Below, one piece after another: positions 26,806 to 40,387 of a stretch of 64,000 nucleotides of DNA (positions are counted from its first letter, which is position 1; each line of letters begins with the position of its first letter). Location: positions 21,637,360-21,701,359 of the forward strand of contig NC_043019.1 in NCBI RefSeq assembly GCF_006345805.1, in the 5' to 3' direction. Under the pieces are notes generated by a model. The model ran no database searches. It saw nothing but the letters and a program-made list of their open reading frames with translations, and was not told the DNA's origin. Source of the DNA: Octopus sinensis. Its lineage: Eukaryota. The translations under genes and the position numbers were made by a program.

Positions 26806-29800
26806 TATATATGTGTGCATGTGAGTGTGTATGTAAATACACAAACACACACATGTTGGTGTTTTAATAAAATACCCCCAATACACAATGTAAAGTGATT
26901 GGTGTTAGGAAAGCCATCCAGCCACAGAAACCAGGCTGATTTGATATGTATGAGCAAGAATTGTTTCTCCAACCATGCTTAGGTGGGCAATAACTTTAAA
27001 TATGAATTGATTCGAGCCATGAAATCTCAACCAACCCATCTGTGTCATCATGGAAAGCAGATGATGACAATGATAATGAGAATATGAGCACTTGAAGACA
27101 ACCAGACAATAAAGCAACTGAAAGATAACTTAGATAAAAGTACAAATATTAAGTAAATAATCATTAACAATGAGGGAGGGCTGAGGGCACCTATAATTAC
27201 TCACGCAACAATTCTTAATATTGTAGACATGTAAAAAACAAAAAAAAAATAAATAAAGCGTTAACTATAAAAATAGTAAATAAATGCAACTTCTTTAGTT
27301 TTTATCACATTTAGAATGATATTTCAAAGTATAAGTTAATGACAAACAAACATAAATTGGTCTGATTGTGTAATTTATGTAAATTACAGAGGCAAGGAAA
27401 TATCAAAAATCAAGTAACAAACAAAACGAAGAAACAAAAACAATAAAAGTTGATCGTAATAACAATAAATCCACCATGATATAGATAAATAGAGGTGAGC
27501 TGATTGCTGCAGGGTTTTAGTGGAGATAGAGAGAAAGAAAGAGAGAGAGACAGATAGACAGTGAGTGTGTGTGTGTCTAAGAGAGAGAGAGAGAGACAGG
27601 GCAGGGGGGGGAGAAATGTCATAATCAGATTTGATTGATCTAAGTAATAATTTAAATCGTTAAGTAAGTTAGAAAAGAAGTGATCTGCAATAGACTAAAG
27701 GGCAACAACAGTTGCTGAAATTAGTTGATGGTAGTAGTAGTAGTAGTAACAGTGTCGCTGAAGTTTAACAAAGTAGTTTCCATTAAAACAAAAACAAACA
27801 ACAGAATATAAAAAAAAAACGAAAGAAAAAATATTAAAAAAATAACAGTATCAAAATTGACCATAGCTAAACATATAGTTGTACATGTGCATTTGTGAAA
27901 GAAAGAGAGTTACAGATAACATGTTTTCAGACACTATATTCTCAATTATATACTCAAAAATAGCTAATTTTTTTCTCTTTCTAAAGTCTTAGATAATATT
28001 ATTTTCCTATAGCTGTAATCCATTAATCCTTTAGATACCAACCCACTTGAGCCTGCCCCTGTAATAAAGTGGTCTCAACTAAAATCTTCCGTCAAAATTT
28101 CATGTGAATTTATGTTCCAAAAACCAGCTTAATAATAACAACAGTTATCTGGCTAAATTCTTTGTTATTTTCAAAATTAATTGAGACAAAGACTGCTTTG
28201 TGATATTTTTTTGACTTTCAAAGGCTCTGGGTTCAAATCTTGCCAAGGTCAACACCTTTCATCTTTTTTGGGGTGAATGAAACAGTATCAATCAAGGGAA
28301 GTGGGGGGGTGGAAGTATTAGAGATTCACGATAGATGCCTTGTGGTACCTATTCTGGCTTTTTGCATTCTAACAACAATGTCTGCAGTGATACTGGTGCC
28401 AGACTATATCAGCCCAAATCAGCAGCTTTTCCCTTAGGTAAACATCAATGACAAAGAGAAGAACCTTGCATGCATGGCAAACCAAGTTTCCCTCAAAGGA
28501 AAAAAAAAATCATGCCCAGCCCTGCACACATGTGCAGATCAGCATTAACTTATGGGGACCCCTATCAGTCACTCTTTCTTTCTCCATCATCCCCTCACCC
28601 TAATCACTCAATTTCTATCATCATACTCTGGTGTCCTTCACCCACCAATCTGGGCTTTTACTGTTATCAGTCAACAATCTGCTGCTCACCTCTTGGCCAT
28701 GCTGCTTTGAGCAAACAGACACACCAGAGCAGTGAGAGCTCTTTAAGCTTATCAAAATACAAGGTAACCTAACTAGTGTTAGTGCCATAATAAAATGATC
28801 CAGTGCACGCATAAAGAGTGGTGACAATATACAATCAAGAGGACAGTTTCTCCAGTGTTGGTGCCATGCTAAAATACACTCCAGGTACCCTGTAAAGTAG
28901 ATGGTATTACAAAGAGCATTTGGCTGTAGAAACCAAACCAAAAATGAAACATATGAGACCTGTTCCTCTGACCCATCTCAGAGGGCAATGGTTCCAAATA
29001 AGATCCATCAAGGAGGCAGTGGCCCCAAGTAAGAATTGGCTTTGACCACAATGAATGACACATCCACCCTACGCTAAAACAAATTCAAGGTAATTTTTCA
29101 TTAGGCATGGTATGCCATTCAGAAAGCTGCAGTTTGACCACGACTGGCATAGTGGCTCCATTATCAGCTCAATTAGCATAGGTTTGTACAGAGGTGAGTC
29201 TCAACAAATTCCACTTAAGATTTATCACCCAAGGTTCACATCCTTGAATAATCCTCACCCCACCCTCATAGAATATATTAAGCCTCTCCCTGTAATATTT
29301 AACCTTCATAATTTGCTCATTACCAAAATCATATGACAACTTTGAAATACCATCATCAGAGTTACAGCAGATAACCATTTGATCTCTTGGATACTTCTTT
29401 CAGTGTTACCTGTCATATATGACAGGAGAAATTCCTGAAAAACTGCTCTGTGGTTGCACAACCTTCTGGAACCACCCTACTGTCTTACAAGCAGACACAA
29501 TTATGGGTATATTATCATCATAATTTAACAGACACTTTTCCAGGCTTGCATGGGTCAGATGGAATGTGTTGAGGCAGATTTTCTATGACTGGATGCCCTT
29601 CCTGTCACCAACCCTCACTTGTTTCCAAGCAAAGGTAATATTTCCTCTATGGCCAGACATGTTCTTCACAGGAGACTGGAAATGAATAACATAATTCGTA
29701 TGATGGTGATGCTCATTTACAATCACCATATGATGTCAAAGCAATGGACACACATATACACACACAGATGTGTATGCCTGTGTTTGACAATAATTATGGA

Positions 29801-30230
29801 ATGGTCATGGCTGAAATGCTTTGATCATAGGCCTTTTTGATCACAGCCAGCTTGGAATTGAACAACACAAATCAGTTTTAAAATACTATTATATAATCTT
29901 CTTTCTCTCTTCACATTGTCATCTAATCTCTCATAGTTTCTTCGGTGAAATCCATCACATCTCAAGTATGATCTCTCATATACTACAACCATTACTGACT
30001 TTAACAACATCCTCATATGACCTCTCAACCACCACCACCCACCTCACAGTCACTGCTGCCACCATCTGCAACAAAGGCACTCAAATTGTAACCATCCCAA
30101 CTTGTTGATGCAGATTAGTGTATCTAGGACAACATTCTCAAATGTGACCTTTTTTTTTTTAAGAAAAAAGTGATACACTGCAGAAAAAATTGAGCTGCAA
30201 TTTTTAGCTGGGCTAGTAAACACTACTCAC

Positions 30231-30646
30231 TTATTTCTTTATTGCCCACAAGGGGCTAAACATAGAGGGGACAGACAAGGACAGAGAAAGGGATTAAGTC
30301 GATTACATCGACCCCAGTGCGTAACTGGTACTTAATTTATCGACCCTGAAAGCATGAAAGGCAAAGTTGACCTCGGCGGAATTTGAACTCAGAACGTAAC
30401 AGGAGACGAAATACCTATTTCTTTACTACCCACAAGGGGCTAAACACAGAGGGGACAAACAAGGACAGACAAACAGATTAAGTCGATTGTATCGACCTCA
30501 GTGCATAACTGGTACTTATTTAATCGACCCCGAAATGATGAAAGGCAAAGTCGACCTCGGCGGAATTTGAACTCAGAACGTAATGGCAGACGAAATACCG
30601 CTAAACATCTCGCCCAGCGTGCTAACGATTCTGCCAGCTCGCCGCC
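30231..30646 (-). mobile_element. Dimeric Meta-domain SINE (full unit plus head-less unit)
   Basis: Two GGCGGAATTTGAACTCAGAACGTAA units; junction GACGAAATACCTATTTCTTTAC at about 30406-30427. Confidence 0.9.
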
Positions 30647-31220
30647 TTTCACCTTCTCCTCGCTGACTGACAACTACCTTCATCTAAGGACTGCATGAGT
30701 CGAGCTGTTATTTTAGAGTCAACAAGTGCTGCTGTACATCTTCAGAAATGAAGTGTTTGATGGAAAGGTGATTTATAAACTAAAGAGGAAAAATATCTAG
30801 CAATATAAATTTCTATAAGATTACAGTTTGGTTTATGTGAAGAGGACATCTTAAATTTGCACTTCACCAGACTACCCTCCAAAGTTCTGTCACATTCTAT
30901 GTCTACGGAATTCTATGTCAACTGATAAATGATGCGAACCACTGGATTAATGCCTCAAGCAAGCACTCTGCTAACAATAGTCATTCATCTGTTAGCCTGT
31001 CATATTTGATGTGACGTCTTCACTGGGTTGCACTATATACCACTTAGGTACACTTTAGATTCTCAAACTATAATGCCAACATCTATCTGAACAGCTGAAC
31101 TTGCAGTAGGGTCAGATCTGTTAAAAGGTAAAGGGTGGGGGAAGAGTTCAGCTTCTATGTGGTCGCATTGGCTGCTAGAAATAGCAGCCAAATCTTCCTC
31201 CAAAAATGCACACTATTGCC

Positions 31221-31445
31221 ATAACCATTCAAGCTTTCAGATTACTTTGTTAAATATAATGCTTATTTATTCATATACCTTTTAATTAAATCGTGCACTG
31301 TCTCATAACTTCTTGATGATGTGTTTGTTTACATTTAGAATGACATTGTAGGGAGTGGGTGAGAGGCCAGATCTGACCAATTTGAACATATAACTGGTAG
31401 AATATTTGGGATGGGCATGGTCAGTTTAAATGCTAAAAGGGTTAA
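31221..31445. mobile_element. piggyBac-like (TTAA) MITE, reverse orientation
   Basis: Ends AATGCTAAAAGGG|TTAA; body is the reverse complement of the 44298 and 61570 copies. Confidence 0.7.
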
Positions 31446-31728
31446 AAAGGAAAGAAGTGTGTATCCAGAAAAAAGTAGCCATGGATACATTACACCTTAA
31501 ATCAGTGGTGCATTGTTAAAACAGCAATCCAAATAGAAAGCAGATACCTTTTTTTTGTTGTGTATATAGGACTTTTGTTTATCAAAAATTATTATGTTTT
31601 TGGATGGGAGAATGACAGTAATGTATATATGTAACCATAAGTAATGATCTTTTGCTTTCAGAAACTTATTGATAGATAAGGGTGTGTATATGAGTGTAGA
31701 TGTATATATGCATGCTTCAACATTTGAA

Positions 31729-31776
<48 letters not shown>

Positions 31777-31795
31777 ATATAATATATATATATAT

Positions 31796-31841
<46 letters not shown>

Positions 31842-31981
31842 GAGATAGATATAGGCCACTGTGTAAAGTGGTTGGTATTAGGAAGGGCCATCCAGTTGTA
31901 AAACCCATGCTAGCATGGAAGACAAATAGTAAATGATGATAATAATGATATATATTCAAATTTAAGTTTCATGGTCAATTT

Positions 31982-32056
<75 letters not shown>

Positions 32057-32392
32057 TACATAAAATACCATAAAACAGAATGAAAAAGAAATTATTCCAG
32101 AGTCTTGACATAGGTTTTTATGGACCGTCTTTAATAAATTTTCTACATATTTTTTTTTAAATGGTATATTTACATGTCAGTTTAAAGAAGAAAGAAACAA
32201 AAGTATTCAAGAGAAAAAGTAAAATTACACTAACACACACACACATACACACAATTTACAGGAAACTCAAAAATCAAAACTTCATAGGCCTATTCTGAGT
32301 TTCTGGGTACTGATCTTCAAACAAAAATTGTGTGTACAAATACACACATTTGGAGAGAGATACAGAATAAAACAAGTATGCAATATACTTAC

Positions 32393-32539
32393 TATAGTCA
32401 GGATCAGCGGCATAAAGATCTATCTGGTTAATGTCTAGCTGTTTTTCAGCACCATCAGACACAAGGTTCACAGCCATATTTGAAGGAGAATGTGGAGCTG
32501 GTGCAGAAGAAGCAAGATTGACTTTATTTTTTACTTGAG
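32393..32539 (-). CDS. Internal coding exon, 147 nt, phase 1-1: (A)QVKNKVNLASSAPAPHSPSNMAVNLVSDGAEKQLDINQIDLYAADPDY
   Basis: Acceptor gttgctatttcag|CT CAA and donor TAT A|GTAAGT. Open, complex, protein-like sequence between microsatellites; length divisible by 3; internal ATG in a strong context (aatATGG). Confidence 0.75.
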
Positions 32540-32579
32540 CTGAAATAGCAACAACAACGACAACATTAATAATAACGAT

Positions 32580-32790
<211 letters not shown>

Positions 32791-33159
32791 TTCTTCACAA
32801 TAGCAACAGCAGAAAGAATATACTTTTTTTTTTTATTTTTCAAAGGCAAAAAAAAAAAAAAATCAGGTCAATGAAATTGCAAACAAAAATATATTTTCCA
32901 AATATAAAACGCCCAGAAATACAGCCAGTGAGAAGGATATGGAACATTGGTGGAACGGCTATGGTGGTTTGTTGTTGTTGTTGTTTTTATTACTATATCA
33001 CAGATAGAATAGTAATAAGGCAATAAGTTCAGAAGGTAATAGATATAGGAGATAAAAACAAACAAGGGAGGAATATGGTAGAAAATAAATAAATAACTAA
33101 CCCAGTCACACATCAACTAAACAATTGCAAACAGTGTGTGTTTGTGCATGCACAATACA

Positions 33160-33263
33160 AATACACACATATGTACACCCATATATACATACATATATAT
33201 GCATATATGTGTGTATATATATATATGCATATATGTATATATATATATATATATGCATATATG

Positions 33264-33295
<32 letters not shown>

Positions 33296-33415
33296 GAAGT
33301 AAATATATGGCACAACGAAGTACCAATATTATATATTATATATATATATATATATGCATATATATATATACATATGCATATATATATACATATGCATATA
33401 TGTATATATATACAT

Positions 33416-33450
<35 letters not shown>

Positions 33451-33675
33451 CAAACATATATGTCCATATATATATACATATATATATACATTATATATAT
33501 ATATATATTATATGCGTACACATAAATATTATATTCATATAATGTGTGTACTCCTATGCACACACATAAATATATATTTACACACACACACACATAAATA
33601 CACACATGGTATAATATGCATACACATACACAGATATATATGCAGACACTCACACATATATGTATACACAGACAT
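33160..33675. repeat. (TA)n/(CA)n compound microsatellite
   Basis: Directly visible. Similar tracts at 39790-40035, 41405-41615 and 43060-43240. Confidence 0.95.
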
Positions 33676-34210
33676 AAAGTTCTTTTATCATGCACCCATA
33701 ACATTAGAAATACTATCCATAGGACAGACAAAAGAGAAATACGAAAATAGAAATTAAAAATTGTTTACATTCAGGAATTATGCATCTGCTTGTCTGCTTG
33801 CCCGTCTGTCTGTCTGTCAATCTCGCTTTCCAGTAGCGGTGGTGGTGGTGGTGATGATGATGGATCTTAATGCATGAGCTTGCATGTGCACAAACATTGA
33901 AACCAACAGACAGATAGACAGATCAGAGCTTTCAAAAGTATGAAAGTAGAGGGAAAAACACCAACAGCAACAACTACAACTATAACAACACAAATATCTC
34001 ATTGAGAAGTCAACCATTATTCTAGATAACTAAATGCAATATGCTCTGACTTGCAAGAGAGAAGCACAAGCATAGCCAATGATGGATGACGACGATGTGT
34101 ATTTTGTCTAAGCACAAAAATCTAATTCCATTGTAAAGGAGTATAGTCAATCAAACTGATCTCAACATACTTTTGAGTAATTATTTCAGAAGTAATCTAT
34201 CTAATCTAGC

Positions 34211-34242
<32 letters not shown>

Positions 34243-34263
34243 TATTATTATTATTATTATTAT

Positions 34264-34469
34264 TATTTCTTTACTACCCACAAGGGACTAAACACAGAAG
34301 GGACAAACAAGGACAGATATCGACCCCAGTGCGTAACTGGTACTTAATTTATCGACCCCGAAAGGATGAAAGGCAAAGTCGACCTTGGCGGAATTTGAAC
34401 TCAGAACGGCAGATGTAATACGGCTACGCATTTCGCCCAGCGTGCTAACGATTCTGCCAGCTCGCCGCC
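34264..34469 (-). mobile_element. Young Meta-domain SINE
   Basis: Reverse complement of 11719. Confidence 0.9.
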
Positions 34470-34734
34470 TTTTCTGCCAGAATAATGATGATAATGCTGC
34501 CAACAACAATGCTGCCACCACCACCACTACTACCACCTCCACCTCCTTTTTTTGGGGGTGGGTGCTTTTAGTGGAGGCCATTCTGTTGTAAAAATTTAGA
34601 CCAAACTCTGTTCTGAAAATAAATTGATGCCCGAATAAGTGTTGCATTGTAATGCAGCAGAAACTAGCCCTGATCCCCACAAAATTCAGGCTTTGTGCCC
34701 AAAAGTAGAAATTATTATTATTTCTAAATTAAGC

Positions 34735-35302
34735 ACAAGGCTAGAAATTTAGAGAAAGAAAACTATTTGACCATATCAACCCCAGTATTTGACTGGTGCA
34801 TTATTTTATCAACCTTGGAAGGATGAAAGGAAAATTTGATGTCAATGAAATTTGATCCAAGCATGTCCAATGCTCAAAGGTTTCTACTAAATTACTGCTC
34901 CTTGCTTCTTAATTTGGTACAAGGTCTGCTATTTGGTGGTAAGGACAGTCTAGTCAATGTCATGGACCTCAAGATTTGACTGGTACTTTGTTTTATCAAC
35001 CCAGAAATGTTGAAAAGCAAAGTTGATCTCAACAGGATTTGAACTGAGAGCATAAGTCTCGCAAATAATAATAATAATAGTAACCCTTTCTACAATAGGC
35101 ACAAGGCTGGAAATATTGGTAGGAGGGAGCTAGTCAACTCCATTGACCCTAGTCCATAACTGGTACTTATTTCATTGACCCTGAAAGGATGAAAGGCAAA
35201 GTTGATGTCAGTGGAATTTGAACTCAGAACATAGAAATGTGTGAAATACCACTAAGCATTTCATCCAGTGTGCTAACAATTCTGCCAGCTCAGCACCTTT
35301 AA

Positions 35303-35337
<35 letters not shown>

Positions 35338-35480
35338 ATTAATAATAATAATAAAAATCCTTTCTACTAAAGGTAAAATGCCTGAAATTTTGGGGGAGGG
35401 GACAAATCAATCACATTGACTCCAGTATTTCACTGATACTTAATTTATTGACCCTGAAAGGATGAAAGACAAAGTTGACC
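34735..35480 (-). mobile_element. Cluster of 4 co-oriented older Meta-domain SINE copies
   Basis: Repeated CACAAGG...GACTGGTAC...GGATGAAAGGCAAAGTTGA...TTTGAACTCAG units separated by (TAA)n/(TAG)n. Confidence 0.75.
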
Positions 35481-36220
35481 ATAAAGCAAAGGTAAGAGGT
35501 TTATGGTCCAAGTAGATAGTAAACTGTCTTCCTTTGAGGAGATGACAAAAAGTGTTTCACTACCAGGTAAATCACTAATAACTCGCATCCAAAAGTACTA
35601 TAGAGACGTGGTAAATTCTGTGCAGCACATAAGTTCTTCACCTACTTAGTTAATTCCAGGATGGCCTGAAAAGTCACCACTAAACACTGATGTCATGGTT
35701 GGGAAGTATAGTCTGTATGAATTAGTAAAAAAAAACAATAGGCAAGCACAACCCTCAGCAATAAACAGAATGTTGATCCTTAATGACTTGTTTTAATTTC
35801 CATCCAAATGTGTGTAAAACAAACCCAAAATGAAATAGGATCAAGAAATCTTTTAGCAATGATGGCATTCAAGTCGAACAGGGAGTAGTTTGAGAATTAA
35901 GTTAATTTCCCCATATTATCAAAGGTATTTAGACTTGATAATACTTGGAGGATGCAAGATGTAACTGGTGCAGAATATCTGATGTGTTGTGCAGCTTAGT
36001 TGTGCAGTGAGGTAGCAATCCCATAGCAGTAAAAATGAAGTTTACTAATCAGCATTAACTCAGCAAAATGTTTTATCATCTGGACAATCAATCAGCAACT
36101 GAATTTAGGCTTTTATTTTATTGACCCTGAAAGGTTAAAAGTGAAGTCGACTTTGGCGGGATTTGAACTCAGAATGTAAAGACAAACAAAATGCCACTAA
36201 AAATTTCGCCCAACACGCTA

Positions 36221-36436
36221 GCCGTTCAAGAACTTGGACCTGGAGATCTCCATTTCCAGCGACTTCGAGGGCCACCTCCCTGTGGTCTTGGGTGTCAATG
36301 AAGAGCCCTCGACTACAACAAGATGACCAAAGTTTTTTTTTTTCTCTCCAAGGTCTGGGGGTCTCCCGCCCCTAAGCCCTAGACCATCATCTAATCACCC
36401 TTACCCGTCTTGTTGCTTAACAACAACAACAACAAT
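36221..36436 (+). mobile_element. 5'-truncated retroposed insertion with (CAA)n tail inside a Meta SINE
   Basis: 11-bp TSD CCAACACGCTA (36210-36220) / CCAACATGCTA (36437-36447); host SINE resumes on both sides. Confidence 0.75.
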
Positions 36437-36769
36437 CCAACATGCTACTGATTCTGCCTGCTTGCCACTTTAGAATGAATGGTAATATTAAACCTTGTTA
36501 TGTCTTTAGACTCAGAATGATTTAGCCCGTATGAGACATATACCAGCAAATAGTGTAACTCTAGGTAAAAGACAAGGAAACGCATTCAATTTCAGTTGCT
36601 GCCATCATCCTGTTACCTTTTTATTAATTACAACTTTAATTTCCATTGAAGCAGTCCTTCCTTCTCCTCCACCTGCCCCACCTCCTCTGCATAAAGGACT
36701 TCCTGAACACTTTAATGTAAGTTCTTCGACAGGAAGAACAGTTTTTTGTTTGCTTAATTAATTCCTCAC

Positions 36770-36809
36770 CCACCACAACATATCGCGCCACCGCCGACCT
36801 TTCCCCCAT
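36770..36809 (-). CDS. Putative first coding exon (isoform A) of an unidentified multi-exon gene: MGERSAVARYVVV + phase-1 donor
   Basis: Minus strand reads ATG GGG GAA AGG TCG GCG GTG GCG CGA TAT GTT GTG GTG G|GTGAGG. In-frame TAA 12 codons upstream; CpG-rich non-repeat sequence; phase matches the acceptor at 32539. Confidence 0.6.
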
Positions 36810-36869
36810 CCACCTTTTGTGATTTGATGATGAATATACAGCTTAAGGAATGTATCATCAATGACACAA

Positions 36870-37464
36870 ATGAAAACAATGGTGGTGGTGGCAGCGGAGG
36901 TGGTGGTGGTGGTGATAGTGATGATGATGATGATAATGATGATGAAAGGGGTTGCACTAGTAATGGTGGAAATAGTGGTGATCAATGCAGTGGTAACAGA
37001 GATGATTATAATGATGGTGGTGGTGATAATGATGGTGACAATGGCGACGATAATGACAAGAATGATGAAGATGGTGGTGCGGCAGAGGTAATATCGATGG
37101 TAGTTGTCGTGTTAAATGATAGTATCGCTGGTGAAGAAGATGGTTGTGGAAGTGACAGCGATGGCGGTGGAGTAGCAAAGAACAACAACAAGGTACTGAC
37201 GGGAAGATGGTAGTGTTGATGAGGGTGGTGGTCGTGGAAATGGTGGAGATGATGGAGGTAGTGATGATGGTGATGATGATGATGATAATGGTGATGATAT
37301 TGGCAGTGTTTTGAGTTGATGGTTGTGGTGGGTAGCAAAGAAGAGAGGAAATAGGAAGAAGAAGAAGAAGAAAAAATAGAAGAAGAAGAAGAAGAAGAAG
37401 AAGAAGAGAAGAAGAAGAAGAAGAGCAGCAGCGGCTGCAGCAGCAACAGCAGCAACAACAACAG

Positions 37465-37496
<32 letters not shown>

Positions 37497-37600
37497 ACAT
37501 CAACATCAACAACAATAACAACAACAACAACAACATGAGCAAGCTATTTATGATGACGATCCTGGTGGTGGTGGTGGTGGTGGTGGTGGCAGTGGCGCTG
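36870..37600. repeat. Mosaic of triplet repeats (GGT, GAT, GAA, CAG, CAA) in the presumed 5'UTR of isoform A
   Basis: Directly visible; lies upstream of the ATG at 36809 on the minus strand. Confidence 0.85.
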
Positions 37601-37903
37601 ACTGCGTCTGCATGTCAAGTTTCCTCTCCTTTTTACAAAAGAATAATCCCCAAAAGAACAGTCAAGAAATTAACTTCTCAATGCTATGAAAAGAAACAAT
37701 TCTTTTTCACTGAATGGCTTAAAATTAGCTGAATGCTTCTACAGAAAGTGAGCATACCAGTGTTAACCACTACTTGTTGGGAAAAATATATGTGTGTGTG
37801 TGTGTGTGTGTATATGTATATATATATCTGTCAAGGGTATAAAAAATATATATCAAGTGGGTGATGCATTATTTTTTCTGGCTTTCCTACTACCACTATT
37901 ACA

Positions 37904-37956
<53 letters not shown>

Positions 37957-38903
37957 TGCTGTTGTTGTTCTTGTCGACATTGTTGTTCCTTGTCTTCTAT
38001 TTTCATTTTTTGAAAATTTATTTATATCATTTAAAAAAAATTTTTTTCAAGGAAGTATGAAACAAAACAGAACTGATCGGATTTTCAAAGCAATTCATGA
38101 GGAAATGAATGTTATACATATTTTTTATTTTTTATTCATTTTTTTTTTTATTAGATGAACAGCAGTTTAAAAAAGATAGAAGAAAAACAAAAAAAACCCT
38201 CCAAATACAAATATATATATATATGCATATATATATATATATATACACACACACATACATGCACATATGCATTATATGTGTGTATATATAAAGGCAATTC
38301 GATGACAGGAATAAAAGATACAATTTCAAAGAACTAACTGAAACAGATAGTAAAATCTATGTTAAACATACACACATACACATACAGAAGAAGAAAAAAT
38401 AGAAGAAGAAGAGAAGAAGAAGAAAGAAGAAGAAGAAGAAGAAGAGCAGCAGCGGCTGCAGCAGCAACAGCAACAACAACAGCAACAACAACAACAACGA
38501 CAACAACAACAACATCAACATCAACAACAATAACAACAACAACAACAACATGAGCAAGCTATTTATGATGACGATCGTGGTGGTGGTGGTGGCGGTGGCG
38601 CTGACTGCGTCTGCATGTCAAGTTTCCTCTCCTTTTTACAAAAGAATAATCCCCAAAAGAACAGTCAAAGAAATTAACTTCTCAATGCTATGAAAAGAAA
38701 CAATTCTTTTTCACTGAATGGCTTAAAATTAGCTGAATGCTTCTACAGAAAGTGAGCATACCAGTGTTAACCACTACTTGTTGGGAAAAATATATGTGTG
38801 TGTGTGTGTGTGTATATGTATATATATCTGTCAAGGGTATAAAAAATATATATCAAGTGGGTGATGCATTATTTTTTCTGGCTTTCCTACTACCACTATT
38901 ACA

Positions 38904-38953
<50 letters not shown>

Positions 38954-39376
38954 TGCTGTTGTTGTTCTTGTCGACATTGTTGTTCCTTGTCTTCTATTTT
39001 CATTTTTTGAAAATTTATTTATATCATTTAAAAAAAAATTTTTTTCAAGGAAAGTATGAAACAAAACAGAACTGATCGGATTTTCAAAGCAATTCATGAG
39101 GAAATGAATGTTATACATATTTTTTATTTTTTATTCATTTTTTTTTTTATTAGATGAACAGCAGTTTAAAAAAAAATACAAGAAAAACAAAAAAAACCCT
39201 CCAAATACAAATATATATATATACACACACATACATGCACATATGCATATGTGTGTATATATAAAGGCAATTCGATGACAGGAATAAAAGATACAATTTC
39301 AAAGAACTAACTGAAACAGATAGTAAAATCTATGTTAAACATACACACATACATACACATACAGGAAGAAGAAAAA
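37365..39376. repeat. Tandem duplication, unit about 1.0 kb (37365-38386 and 38387-39376)
   Basis: ATGAGCAAGCTATTT at 37535 and 38550; GAAGAAGAAAAAA at all three boundaries. Confidence 0.95.
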
Positions 39377-39873
39377 AACATATAATAACAGAAGGCATTT
39401 TTGTTTGGTCTTTAACTAATCAAACTGCTTCTGCTTAATAAAAATATAAATGATTGCCGGAGATAAAAGTAAAACAGTGAACAGATCTATGTTGAATAGG
39501 AGCTTTTATTCGTCTCAACGGAAACAAACAGATAGAATTTAATATCAAAACATTCAATTTTTCCTCGAAAATTTAATTCATTTTTGAGGAGTAAATGGAA
39601 AGGGGGATAATAGTATGGTGTGTGTGTGTGTGTACATATGTGTGTGTGCATGCACCGATATGTGTGTGAATGCATATAGAGAAAAAAATAAATATGTAAT
39701 CTTACTCTCTAACGCTCTTATGTATACACATATACAAACACACATATATAAACTCACAGATACAAATATGTACACACACACACAGAATGCAATACATATA
39801 TATATGCATATATATATCATATATATATATATATATATATATGCATATATATATATATATATATAGATATATA

Positions 39874-39946
<73 letters not shown>

Positions 39947-39966
39947 TATATATGCATACATATATA

Positions 39967-40012
<46 letters not shown>

Positions 40013-40345
40013 ACACACACAACACACATACATATAGAGTTCTAGTTTTTGTAATTTCAATCTAAAATTTAATTACTGTCGAACTACGCATCATTAGATT
40101 CAAGTGAAAATCAGGACAAATAATAACAGTAATGATTTCATTTATTAGTCACAAGGGTGTTGGGTGGCAAACATTACAAGCACAAATCAGAATTTTCAGT
40201 ATTCAGAGAACAGCATACAAAAGGAATGGCACACACTGCTCATCAGGATAGAGACGAAGAAAGACAAAAAATATGGTAATTTCTCTACATACTTTAATCT
40301 AACCCTCTACCTATTTATCTATATATCACTAATTTTAAATAGCAA

Positions 40346-40387
<42 letters not shown>

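Noticed and set aside
35490-35570. RT-like peptide RFMVQVDSKLSSFEEMTKSV
   Set aside because: Too short and lacks the GVPQG motif; cannot be supported without a search.
36824-37213. Plus-strand Asp/Gly/Asn-rich 129-aa ORF resembling an acidic matrix protein
   Set aside because: Explained by degenerate GAT/GGT triplets antisense to the inferred 5'UTR; no signal peptide or splice evidence.
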